Source: the human T2T-CHM13v2.0 reference genome, Homo sapiens
DNA: 64,000 bases
NCBI RefSeq assembly: GCF_009914755.1
Contig: NC_060928.1
Direction: 5' to 3' (one strand)
The translations under genes were made by a program, and so were the position numbers. Positions 1-16,049 of this stretch are shown here, in pieces; the first letter of the stretch is position 1; each line of letters starts with the position of its first letter. The notes under the pieces were generated by a model that was not told the origin of the DNA, ran no database searches, and saw only the letters and a list, made by a program, of their open reading frames with translations.

Positions 1-2302
1 ATGCCGTGTAAATGTTAGCTCTTATCCTCTTCTTATTTATAGTAAGTACATAACCTGAAACTTTAGTCCATGCAACAGAAAATGCTGTGGACTGTAAGTG
101 ATAATGATGGATTATTTGTCCTTATGATTTTATCTGTAACCTGCATATAAAATTCAGAACTTGAAATGATGAAGATAATATCTCTCCATCCTAGCTTGGC
201 CCAACACTCATGAAATGCAGATGTGAATGATTTTTGACTGGCAGATTTCAAAATGAATATGCAGCCACTACAACTTTTATATAACTTTAAAATTCTGGAA
301 GAGGAATGCAAGACTCTGTCCAAATTGTGTGTTTGGGGCAATGAGAATATTATATGTACAGTCCAAAATATATTTCCAAATACAGGTAAACAAAGGCTAT
401 TTTGATTCTGTTTTAAGGTCGCAAATAGTCTGTCATGGAGTTTAGATTGTGAGTCTCCCTGCTAGAAGATGGGTCGCAATTGGAAGAGCGCTTTATATTC
501 CCTGCGCCACTGCCAAATGATCCTAGAGGTTAACAGAAAACAGCAATGGGGCTTCCAAAGACAAGGACTGAATCATATACTTGGTAAGACTAGGAATGAT
601 GAGAACATTGTATTCTTCAAACAAAGTAACAGCTAGACAGACAGGCAAAAGAACGAAGAATCTGGCCTCCAAGTAATCCTTAATTATAACCCTGCAACCT
701 AAAAGGACAAGAATATAAAGTGGGTCAAGAAGAAATACATGAATTATATAAGTAAAGAAAACTGAAACACATCTCCAGGCACAAAGCAAGCTAGCTGTAA
801 TTTACTACTATAAAATTCAAGAATTTTGTACCCTAGCTTATGCCATTAATCCATAAAGATACCAAAGCCTTCAATATAAAATGATACTAGAAGCTGTAAT
901 TTAATTAAGGCTGAGGTACTGTAGTTATTAATTACATGTGAAATAGTAAATATTTAAAATATTTGAAAATTGCTCATATTTCTTAAAATTGAGTAATATG
1001 CTATAAATCTCAAAAGGCAGGGTAATTGCAGTCTCCGTGGCAAGTCTGTTTGTACAGCAAAACCTGTATAGCATCTCTGGAGAACTAAGGTATAATCTGC
1101 AGCTGTGTAATTGAAGAAGATCTGACACATGGAACTATACAAGTTATTTTCAACTAGCAGAGCTTAGGATATTTTTCTTTCAGAATAAAAGTGCAGAATT
1201 CTGGATTATAATTCTATTTCTACCACACTAAAATAGCTCACAAGTGCTTATTCTGTGTTAGAAGCAGGCCTTGAAATGGATAGTCCAAATGTGTGGAATT
1301 TCACCACTTTTTGACAATGTAATTTTTGATTAATTTTCCAACACCATAAGCAAAATGCACCTGAACCCATATACACAGTGAATCCTGGGTGGGAATATTG
1401 ATTTAAATGTGTGTTTGCAATAAGTAAACATCCTGAAACACATCATCTTCCTGTTCACATTAACTGCCTCTATCAAATATTGAAACCAAAGTATTTTGTT
1501 ATTCAAAAGAATGTTGTTTTATGCCTATGTATGGAGGGTTGTTCCAATCATCTTACAGACTCTAGTGCAATATGAGATACTTGTAAACTTCCATAGCCTA
1601 TGCTGTATGGAAGCTTTGTAGTTTCTTCTCCACTTCCTTAATCTGAGAGTAGTTGGTTTGTCCCTGAGTTTTCCTGGGTGAATTGACTTTCCACCAAGTG
1701 TCATCAAGAGAGTTTGATTTCTGGTTCTTGCCTTAATGAATAAGAGTTGCAATTCCAAGTAGTTAACTGTGGACCACACCCAGGTATACCTCTGAAGTAG
1801 CCTTAGCATAAGTTCAGTTAGTAGATACAACCCAGATCCTCTCTACCTCACGACAATCTAGCTAAAGGAAAGGCCACAGGGCTACCAAGGGCTCCTAAGA
1901 AGTTTCCAGCTTTTCATTGGCCATTTGAAAAACATCATATCATTTGTGGGACTTGGAACAATGAGGACTCTGTTCTTCATGAATGGACCTTGAGATTGTT
2001 TTACAGGTAAAAGGAGGGAACTCAGCTCATTACAAAGACTTCATTCAAGGGCAGGATGTGGCTGGAAGAGCAGCCTCTCTAAGAACATGGCTTGAAAGGA
2101 AATCTGTGAGGAAGTAAGAGAAAATGACTCACAAGCCAGCCACATGCACATCAATGCACGTTAGCAGGATGGCAGATGTCACAGGGAGGTAGAGTGCCCT
2201 TGGTGCCTTTTGGATCCCAATATTTTAATTTTTACCCCTTATTGTTATATAGTAATATCCCTAACCCTGTGTGTGGCACAATTGCTTTAATAAAAACAGT
2301 TA

Positions 2303-2705
2303 TAATGAGTGGATAAAGAAAATGTGGTATATATACACCATGGAACACTACTCAGCCATTAAAAGGAACAACATAATGTCTTTTGCAGCAACTTGGATGG
2401 AGCTGGAGACCATTATTCTAAATGAAGTAACACGGGAGTGGAAAACCAAAAATCATATGTTCTCACTCATAAGTGGGAGCTAAGCTATGAGTACACAAAG
2501 TCATACAGAGTGATATAATGGACTTTAGAGACACAGAAGGAGGAAGGTGGGAGGGGGGCTAGGGATAAAAACACTACACGTTAAGTACAATGTATACTAC
2601 TCAGGTGATGGGAACACTAAAATCTCAGAATTCACCACTATATAATTCATCCATGTTACAAAAAACCACATGTACCCCAAAAGCTATTGAAATAAAAAAT
2701 AATAA
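2303..2705 (+). mobile_element. 5'-truncated L1 3' end (L1PB-type)
   Basis: ORF2 C-terminal remnant WIKKMWYIYTMEHYSAIK, L1PB-like 3'UTR ending ...ccccaaaagctattgaaataaaaa; degenerate TSD taataaaaacagtt / taataaagacactt. Confidence 0.9.
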
Positions 2706-2769
2706 AGACACTTTTACGAAGATACTAGAATTAGTTCATACAAAACTAGCATGGGAGCTTCTTTGGTAG

Positions 2770-2870
2770 ATGATGAACTCTGTGAGGGAGGGACATATTC
2801 ACTTTTGCATGCCCAGAATCTAGCATGATATTTGGCAGACAGTGGGTGCCAGAGAAGTGTTTATTAATTT
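2770..2870 (+). mobile_element. L2 3'-end fragment
   Basis: aactctgtgagggagggac...cccagaatctagcatgatatttggcagacagtggg resembles the L2 3' terminus. Confidence 0.5.
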
Positions 2871-3468
2871 GGATTTTTTAATGTCCCTTAATTGTTTAAT
2901 GTCTGTCTTCCTTAGCATAGGTATTTCCTAGTCTCTACAAACTGTGAATAATGAGGTATAAAGCACATACTTATGGTAACATCATACACAGTGTCACAAG
3001 ATTGATCCTAACATAGCTTCACTTTTATGTACCTTTTATTTCACTTATTACATAGATGTGAGTGAACACCCCAAGGAAAGACAGGTGTTAGGGCTTTAGA
3101 CATATTTAAGAACGTGAACATGCACATTAGCCTATAGTTTGGGAGCAACATAAACACTAGAAAACTTCATTAGTCTCCTTCAAGGGTGTGTTCATAGTAG
3201 GTACTCAATAGATGTCAAGTGACTGACTGCTAAAGCAATAATGGGGGCTTTGGGCACTTGTCAAAAATAAAAGCTGAATTAATGATGAGAATAAATTTCT
3301 GACCAACATGGGAAAAATACCTGTACTATTAAATCCTGGATAACTATAATTGTGCCCAGGATCCCATTTCTTCCATTCCACTAGCTGATTCAAAAGCAGA
3401 GCAAATGTGCAAAAGATTCTGTGATATGATTTTCAGAGCACAATTTTCTTCATCTTCCTTTCTTTCAG

Positions 3469-3601
3469 CCCCAGTAAAAAAAAAAAAGTCCCACAAAGAT
3501 GTAGGATCTCACTTTGCCTGCGTTAATTCCCTGTCCTTTGCCCAGTTTCTCCTCTCTTGGAAGGCAGAGGCAGCTTCTGATTTTGATCACTTCATGTCCA
3601 G
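3469..3601 (+). other. Candidate 133-nt internal exon (likely non-coding)
   Basis: Long pyrimidine tract ttttcttcatcttcctttctttcag before 3469 and CAG|gtaagc donor after 3601; no recognisable peptide. Confidence 0.3.
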
Positions 3602-4279
3602 GTAAGCAGCGCTGGGAAGCACATGGGGGGAGGTCATTGAAGAGAAGAGCTACCATGCTTCCAGCTTCACTCAGGACACAGACTGCAAAGGCTCAATAGT
3701 CCAGAACAAAACAATCTTGATCTGAAGCTTGACAATCCCTATTTGCAGAACACTTACTGGCATTAGCTGAACATTTGCTTTTCTTTAAAACCTTTCTCCC
3801 TGGAAACGTCACATGCAGGGTAGCTCACCTCTGTCATGGGAATGGCACCTCCTGTAGTTGAGGTGAAAACTGGAAAGATGAAAAAACTGGCCTGTTCTTA
3901 ACCTGAACTTCCATGAACGCTTGGGAGCATTCAATAAGGTACTCCAAAGCCTAAGTGAAGGATGAGTGGAGAGGCAAGATAAAAATGTGGTTATTCTTAT
4001 GACTTAATATCTTGGAAAACTCAGATCTGTTGGTGCTTGATTTATTTGCAGATTTCTATAATGTGAGAAAACTAAGCAGAGCTCACAGGATTAACATTTC
4101 TCTATTTTTAGTACACACATACACATAAAGCACAGTTACTCAATGACCAAGGAGAAAACTTCCAAAAAACCTCTTATGCAGGAGAGCCCTGCCCAGATTT
4201 TCAGGTCTTGATGTTCAGTTCCATTAGCATAGCAGGTCAATATCCATTAAGTGTAGACAGTCCCTCAGACAGTAAGAAC

Positions 4280-4515
4280 CACTGTGGGTTAGTGGTTCAG
4301 AGCATGGTTTTGGAGGTGCACTGCTGGGCTTGGAATCCTAGCTTGCCTATTCAATATTATGTGACTCTATGTACATTATTTAACCCCTTGGAGCTTCACT
4401 CTTATCTATGAAGTGGAGAGGAGATGATGATAATGTACCTCCCTCACAAGTATTTAATAAAAGTGATGAACTTGGAAAAGTATATGTAACGCACTGAGTG
4501 CTTTACAAGCATTAG
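4280..4515 (+). mobile_element. MIR SINE
   Basis: agtggttcagagcatgg...ggaatcctagc...tgtgactct...tttaacccct MIR core motifs. Confidence 0.75.
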
Positions 4516-5347
4516 TCATACCTAAATTGGCATTTGAACACTACATTAGAAAGAAAGTTGGAGAAAATAGTGGGTAGGCTCTGTTGTCTTAGGATGAGAA
4601 AGTATTGTTTAAATGATTTTTAAAAAGAAGAAGAAAATAAAAAATTCTTGGGAGCATAAAAAGAAATAAGGCCCAAGAGTGTTGTGATAACATTATTCAA
4701 GAAGAAGAAAGGTCCTTGAACTACGGCAATAAGGATAAATGTGTTTCTCATGAACATTTAAAAATTTCTGTGATTGAATCAGCCAACCATTAAATTTTAA
4801 ATTAAGAAAGACTTATAGAGAATATAGACAACCATCTAGGCAACAAAAATGAAGATTAAAGAAGTATTAATATGATTTTTATGTAATCTCTTTATAATAT
4901 TAATATAAATGTCTGCAAAGTAGACAAGTGTAGGTATACCAAAACTTCTGTACAAAAAATTAAACTTAGATTAAGTTTTCCTAACAAATCAAGCAAGTTG
5001 CCCACAGAAAATATATTTTTGCTTTCATATGTAAACACATCTAAATACCTATTACAAAAGAAAATGCAAGAAAAATGCTTTCTTTTTACATTCACCCCAA
5101 GGTAGCAATAATGTTACTAGTTCCACTTGGGATTTATTCACATATTCATTATATGAATGATGTATAGATATATACATATGTAGAGAGAGATCAGTTTCCT
5201 GACCACTATATTAATATTTGCATAAAGTGTTATGACGTTTTAAATGCATTTGAAATCATTGAACACCATCCCCAATTTTCAAGATTTAAAATTAAGGCCC
5301 ACAAAGAATAACTAATTTCTCTAAATTATATATAAACTAATTCACAG

Positions 5348-6156
5348 TCTGATGATAGTTTCTTTTGCTGTGTGAAAGCTCTTTAGTTTAATTAGATCCC
5401 ATTTGTCAATTTTGGTTTTGTTGCAATTACTTTTGGTGTTTTAGTCATGAAGTCTTTGCCCATGGCTATGTCCTGAATGGTATTGCCTAGGTTTTCTTCT
5501 AGGGTTCTTATGGTTTTAGGTTTTACATTTAAGTCTTTAATCCATCTTGAGTTAATTTTTGTATAAGGTGTAAGGAAGGGGTCCAGTATCAGTTTTCTGC
5601 ATATGGCTAGCCAGTTTTCCCAGCACCATGTATTAAATAGGGAATCCTTTCCCCATTGCTTGTTTTTGTCAGGTTTGTCAAAGATCAGATGGTTGTAGAT
5701 GTGTGACATTATTTCTGAGGCCTCTGTTCTGTTCCATTGGTCTATATATCTGTTTTGGTACTAGTACCATGCTGTTTTGGTTACTGTAGGCTTGTAGTAT
5801 AGTCTGAAGTCAGGTAGCATGATGCCTCCAGCTTTGTTGTTTTTGCTAAGGATTGTCTTGACTATACAGGCTCTCTTTTGGTTCCATATGAAATTTAAAG
5901 TTGTTTTTTCTAATTTTGCAAAGAAAGTCAAAAGTAACTTGATGGGAATATCATGGAATCTATAAATTACTTCGGGCAGTATGGCCATTTTCATGATATT
6001 GACTCTTCCTATCCATGAGCATGGGATGTTTTTCCATTTGTTTGTGTCCTCTCTTATTTCCTTGAGCAGTGGTTTGTAGTTCTCCTTGAAGAGGTCCTTC
6101 ACACCCCTTGTAAGTTGTATTTCTAAGAATTTTATTGTCTTTGTAGCAATTGTGAA
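5348..6156 (-). mobile_element. Inverted 5' segment of twin-primed L1 (L1PA8-like)
   Basis: Minus-strand ORF2 peptides ([24 protein letters not shown]; [17 protein letters not shown]) abut a plus-strand L1 segment at a GAA microhomology. Confidence 0.92.
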
Positions 6157-7140
6157 ACTATCATCAGAGTGAACAGGCAACCTACAGAAGGGGAGAAATT
6201 TTTTGCAATCTATCCATCTAACAAAGATTTAATATCCAGAATCTATAAGAAACTTAAACAAATTATAAGAAAAAAAAAACCCCATCAAAAAGTAGGCAAA
6301 GGATATGAACAGACACTTTTCATAAGAAGACATTTATGTGGTAAGAAACATATGAAAAAAGCTTATCATCACTGGTCATTAGATAAATATAAAGCAAAAC
6401 CACAGTGAGATACCATCACACGCCAGTTAGAATGGCGATTATTAAAAAGTCAGGAAACAACAGATGTTGGCAAGGCTGTGGAGAAACAGGAACACTTTTA
6501 CACTGTTGGTGGGAGTGTAGATTAGTTCAACCATTGTGGAAGACAGTGTAGCGATTCCTCAAGGATCTAGAACCAGAACTACCATTTGACCAGCAATCCC
6601 ATTACTGGCTATATACCCAAAGGATTATAAATCATTCTACTATAAAGACACGTGCACATGTATGTTTATTGTAGCACTATTTACAATAGCAAAGATTTGG
6701 AACCAACCCAAATGCTCATCGATGACAGACTGGATAAAGAAAATGTGGCACATATACACCATGGAATACTGTGCAGCTATAAAAAAGAATGAGTTTGTGG
6801 CCTTTGCATGGACATAGATGAAGCTGGAAACCATCATTCTCAGCAAACTAGCACAGGAACAGAAAACCAAACACTGCATGTTCTCACTCATAAGTGGGAG
6901 CTGAACAATAAGAACACATGGACACAGGGAGGGGAACATCACACGTCGGGGTCTGTTGGAGGCTGGGGGCCAAGGGGAGGGAGAGCATTAGGACAAATAC
7001 CTAATGCATGAGGGGCTTAAAACCTAGATGATGGGTTGATAGGTGCAGCAAACCATTATGGCACATACATATCTATGTAACAAACCCGCACATTCTGCAC
7101 ATGTATCCCAGAAGTTAAAGTAAAATAAATAAAAATAAAT
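6154..7140 (+). mobile_element. 3' segment of twin-primed L1 (L1PA8-like)
   Basis: ORF2 end and 3'UTR ggacaaatacctaatgcatg...aaacctagatgatgggttgatagg, A-rich tail; whole insertion bounded by TSD taattcacag (5338-5347 / 7460-7469). Confidence 0.92.
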
Positions 7141-7445
7141 GACCAGGTGCGGTGGCTGACACCTGTAATCCCAGCACTTTGGGAGGCCGAGGCAGGTGGA
7201 TCACGAGGTCAGGAGATCAAGATCATCCTGGCCAACATGGTGAAACCTTGTCTGTACTAAAAATACAAAAATTAGTTGGGCATGGTGGCGTGCACCTGTA
7301 GTCTCAGCTACTCGGGAGGCTGAAGCAGGAGAATCCTGAAGGTAGAGGTTGCAGTGAGCCAAGATCGTGCCACTGCACCCCAGCCTGGGTGACAAAGCGA
7401 GACTCCATCTCAAAAATAAATAAATAAATAAATAAATAAATAAAT
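7141..7445 (+). mobile_element. Alu (AluSc-like) inserted in the L1 poly(A) tail
   Basis: Dimeric Alu, gatcacgaggtcaggagatc diagnostic, (TAAA)n tail. Confidence 0.95.
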
Positions 7446-7858
7446 TTTAAAAATAGTAATAATTCACAGGTTTGTCTCACACAAAGAGAGTTTGTGTTCA
7501 CTCATGGAAGACAAAACAACATTGCATGGCTCATGTATTTGTTTCCTGGGACTGCTTTAAGACATTACCACAAATTGAGTGGCCTAAAACAAGAGAAATT
7601 TATTCTCTTCTGGTTCGGTAGGCCAGAAGTCTAGAATCAAGGTGTGGGCAGGGCTGCACTCCTTCTGGAGGCTCTAGGGAATCATGCATTTCTTGCCTTT
7701 TCAGCTTCTGGTGACTGTAGGCAATTCCTTGGTGTGTTGTCTCATCTCTCCACTCTGTCTTCACACCACCTTCTCTCTGCAGTCTAACTCCAAACTTCCT
7801 CGTATACAGGCCACATAGGATAATCCATGGTAAATCCTCCTCTCAAGACCCCTAACTT

Positions 7859-8160
7859 GGCTGGGTGCAGTGGCTCAAGCCTATAATCCCAGCACTTTGG
7901 GAGACCAAGTTTGGCAGATCACTTGAGGTCAGGAGTTCAAGTCCAGGCTGGCCAACAAAATGAAACTCTCTCTCTACTAAAAAATATACAAAAATTAGCA
8001 GGGCCTGGTGGTGGGCACCTGTAATCCTAGCTACTCAGGAGGCTGAGGCAGGATAATTGTTTGAACCCTGGAGGCAGAGGCTGCAGTGAGCCAAGATCAC
8101 ACTACCATACTCCAGTCTGGGCAACAGAGCAAGACTCCATCTCAAAAAAACAAAACAAAA
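7859..8160 (+). mobile_element. Alu (AluS)
   Basis: ggctgggtgcagtggctca...gagcaagactccatctcaaaa. Confidence 0.95.
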
Positions 8161-8206
8161 CCTTTAAAATCATTACATATTTTGCCATATAGTTTGGGTA
8201 TTAGGA

Positions 8207-8351
8207 TGCTGGAGGTCCACTCCAGACCCTGTTTGCCTGGGTGTCACCAGCGGAGGCTGCAGAATAGCAAATACTGCAGAATGGCAAATGTTGCTGCCTG
8301 ATCCTTCCTCTGGAAGCTTCATCTCAGAGGGACACCCAGCCATATGAGGTG
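8207..8351 (-). mobile_element. Isolated internal fragment of L1PA 5'UTR
   Basis: Reverse complement of 9239-9383 with 8 mismatches in 145 bp; no poly(A) or TSD. Confidence 0.93.
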
Positions 8352-8502
8352 AACATATGGGGCTTGGGGGGCTTTTGAAGAGCAACAGTCATCCCACTAC
8401 AGCCAGGTTATGTTAATAAGTCTACAGGTACCTCCAAAATGGATATTCTATTTCTTAAAGGCTTCAGATGGTAAAAAGCTTAAGAAATCATATTTGTCTC
8501 TA

Positions 8503-9514
8503 TGAGGCGATCATTTCCAAGATGGCCAAATAGGAACAGCTCCAGTCTACAGCTCCCAGCATGAGTGATGCAAAAGACAGGTGATTTCTGCATTTCCAAC
8601 TGAGGTACTGGGTTCATCTCACTGGGGCTTGTCGGATAGTGGGTGCAGCCCGTGGAGTGTGAGCCGAAGCAGGGCTGGGCATTGCCTCACCTAGGAAGCA
8701 CAAGGGGTCGGGGAATTCCCCTTCCTAGCCAAGGGAAGCCGTGACAGACAGGACCTGGAAAATCGGGACACTCCCACCCTAATACTGCACTTTTCCAATG
8801 GTCTTAGCAAACGGCACACCAGGAGATTATATCCTGTGCCTGGCTCGGAGGGTCCCATGCCCACGGAGCCTTGCTCACTGCTAGCATAGGAGTCTGAGAT
8901 CGAACTGCAAGGCAGCAGCGAGGCTGGGGAGGGGCATCCACCATTGCTGAGGCTTGAGTAGGTAAACAAAGTGGCCAGGAAGCTTGAACTGGGTGGAGCC
9001 CACTGCAGCTCAATGAGACCTGTCTGCCTCTGTACCCTCCATCTCTGGAGGCAGGGCGTAGCTGAACAAAAGGCAGCAGAAACTTCTGCAGACTTAAATG
9101 TCCCTGACAACTTTGAAGAGAGTAATGGTTCTCCCACCACAGAGTTTGAGAAATGAGAACGGACAGACTGCCTCCTCAAGTGGGTCCCTACCCCCGAGTA
9201 GCCTATCTGGGAGGCACCTCCCAGTAGGGACCAAGTGACACCTCATACGGCTGGGTGCTCCTCTGAGACGAAGCTTCCAGAGGAAGGATCAGGCAGCAAC
9301 ATTTGCCATTCTGCAATATTTGCTGTTCTGCAGCCTCCGCTGGTGATACCCAGACAAACAGGGTCTGGAGTGGACCTCCAGCAAACTCCAGCAGACCTGC
9401 AGCTGAGGGTCCCGACTCTTAGAAAGAAAACTAACAAACAGAAAGGACATCCACACAAAAACCCCTTCTGTACATCACCATCATCAAAGACCAAAAGTAG
9501 ATAAAACCACAAAG
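8503..9514. promoter_or_regulatory. L1 5'UTR (internal sense promoter and antisense promoter region)
   Basis: YY1 core aagatggcc at the 5' end; ORF0-homologous antisense sequence; many CpGs decayed. Confidence 0.75.
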
Positions 9515-10535
9515 ACAGGGAGAAACCAGAGAAGAAAAGCTGAAAATTCTAAAAATCAGAGCGCCTCTTCTCCTCCAAAGGAACACAGCTCCTCACCAGC
9601 AATGGAACAAAGCTGGATGGAGAATGACTTTGACAAGTTGAGAGAAGAAGGCTTCAGACAATTGGTAATAACAGACTTCTCCGAGCTAAAGGAAGATGTT
9701 TGAACCCATCGCAAAGAAGCTAAAAACCTTGAAAAAAGATTAGACGAATGGCTAACTAGAACAAACAGTGCAGAGAAGACCTTAAATGACCTGATGGAGC
9801 TGAAAACCATGGCACGAGAACTACATGATGCATGTACAAGCTTCAGTAGCTAGTTTGATCAAGTGGAAGAAATGGTATCAGTGATTGAAGATCAAATGAA
9901 TGAAATGAAGTGAGAAGTTTAGAGAAAAAAGAGTAAAAAGAAACAAACAAAGCCTCCAAGAAATATGGGACTATGTGAAAAGACCAAATCTACATCTGAT
10001 TGTTGTACCTGAAAGCGATGGGGAGAATGGGACCAAGTTGGAAAACACTCTGCAGGATATTATCCAGGAGAACTCCCTCAACCTAGCAAGGCAGGCCAAC
10101 ATTCAAATTCAGGAAATACAGACAATGCCACAAAGATACTCCTCAAGAAGAGCAACTCCAGGACACATAATTGTCAGATTCACCAAAGTTGAAATGAAGG
10201 AAAAAATGTAAAGGGCAGCCAGAGAGAAAAGTCAGGTTACCCAAAAAAGGAAGCCCATCAGACTAACAGCTGATCTCTTGGCAGAAACTCTACAAGCCAG
10301 AAGAGAGTGGGGGCCAATATTCAACATTCTTAAAGTAAAGAATTTTCAACCCAGAATTTCATATCCAGCCAAACTAAGCTTCATAAGTGAAGGAGAAATA
10401 AAATCCTTTACAGACAAGTAAATGCTGAGAGATTTTGTCACCACCAGGCCTGCCCTAAAAGAGCTCCTGAAGGAAGCACTAAACATGGAAAGGAACAACC
10501 GGTACCAGCCGCTGCAAAAACATGCCAAATTGTAA
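9515..10535 (+). pseudogene. L1 ORF1p, disrupted
   Basis: Start codon position reads ACA; internal stops; remnant KRPNLHLIVVPESDGENGTKLENTLQDIIQEN. Confidence 0.9.
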
Positions 10536-10598
10536 AGACCATTGATGCTAGGAAGAAACTGCATCAACTAATGAGCAAAATAACCAGCTAATATCATA

Positions 10599-14418
<3,820 letters not shown>

Positions 14419-14696
14419 ACAATGAGAACACTTGGACACAGGGTGGGAAACATCACACACTGGGGCCTGTTGTGGAGTGGGGGGATGGGGGAGGGATAGC
14501 ATTAGGAGATATAACTAATGTAAATGATGAGTTAATGGGTGCAGCACACCAACATGGCACATGTATACATATGTAACAAACCTGCACATTGTGCACATGT
14601 ACCCTAGAACTTAAAGTATAATAAAAAAAAGAAAGAAATCATTGTCCTTTACCTTTTCCCTGCAACTCGCTCCTCTTAATTAACTGAGATGTGATT

Positions 14697-15654
14697 GTAG
14701 ATGTGACAATCTGAAAATACTCACAGATGAACCTCCATAACCTAGAATATAAAAAATTAATAAAATGTTATATATCTCATGAATGCATAAAACATATGTA
14801 GATATGAGTCTATTTTGTGATTTACTACCATAAAGTATACACAAATCTATTATACAGAGTTAAAATTTATCAAAACTTGCACACATGCTTACAGACTGTG
14901 CAGGGTTCCATTTGCAGTCAGGTGAAATGTAAACAAACATAAAGTTGCAGTATTAAAACATAACTGAATAAAATTAACTGTAGTAATGCTGTACTGCTGT
15001 AATAATTTCATAGTCACCTCCTGTTGCTATTGCAGTGAGCTCAAGTGTTGCAAGTATCTGCTTAAAATGCCATGTGATGCTAATCATCTCTGCACGAACA
15101 GTTCATCTCATCTCTCCAGTAAATTGCTTATCACAGTAAAAGGTAATCTCTCGTGGTTCTTGAGTATTTCTTATTGTGTTTAGTGCAATACCATAAACCT
15201 TGAATTACACCATGAGACCCATTCAAAGTGCCTCTAGTGATGCTGGAGGTGCTCCCAAGAAGCAGATAGGCATGACATTACAAGAAAAAGTTGAATTGCT
15301 TGATATGTACCATGGATTGAGGTTTGCACCTTCAGTTGTCATCCCCGCCACCCCATTTCAGACAGATGATTAATCTTCTAAACAGGCAATGTAAACTTAT
15401 AGTCTCGACAAATCCAGTAAAGTACTATAAATATATTTTCTCTTCCTTATGATTTTCTTAACATTTTCTCTTCTGTAGCTTACTTTCTTATAAGAATACT
15501 ATAATAAAATGCAAAATATGCATTAATTGACTATGTTATCAGTAAGGCTTCTGGTCAACAATAGGGTTTTGGGGGAGTCAGAGTTATGTGGTGGATTTTC
15601 TAGTGCTTACGTTTCAGCACCCCTAACTCATGTATTGTTCAAAGACCAACTTTA
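14697..15654 (+). mobile_element. Tigger2-family DNA transposon (internally deleted, Tigger2b-like)
   Basis: gacattacaagaaaaagttgaattgcttgatatg transposase start; end cacccctaactcatgtattgttcaaagaccaact resembles the Tigger2 TIR. Confidence 0.8.
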
Positions 15655-15753
15655 TATCAATTATGCACCATATTACTTTCTAAAATCTAAAAAAATCTGA
15701 ATCTTCAAACATGTCTGGCTCAAAGAGTTTCAGATAAGAGATTATGGAACTAT
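15655..15753. mobile_element. MER46C-like Tigger MITE end
   Basis: aatctgaatcttcaaacatgtctggctcaaagagtttcagataagagattatggaacta. Confidence 0.55.
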
Positions 15754-16049
15754 GCAATGAGCAATTTCTAGTCCAAGATTTCTCCTCTACTGTTCACCAT
15801 CCCAACAGGGGGTGAGGCTTATTCTTGGTGGAATTGAATCTGAGACATCATAATCTCTGGTTCATATTTGGTTCATAGAAAAGAGCAGCTGGATTTATGC
15901 TCTCTGGGCAGAACATTGCAGATTAGAGGAATTTTCCCTGAGTTGGCCTAAAATAAAAGACATATACCGTTGACATTTGAGGGTTCCTGTGCAAAACACT
16001 GGGAATGCTGTTTATTCGCCCTATAGAGATGTCTCAGCCAAGCATAAAT

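Larger units (their letters stand above)
7534..8401 (-). mobile_element. MLT1C-like MaLR solo LTR, interrupted by an Alu and an L1 5'UTR fragment
   Basis: tgtatttgtttcctgggactgc...ttaccacaaattgagtggcctaaaacaa start and cccactaca end. Confidence 0.8.

Noticed and set aside
60-800. Possible ancient LINE/RT remnant and short ORFs
   Set aside because: Too degenerate to assign without an HMM search.
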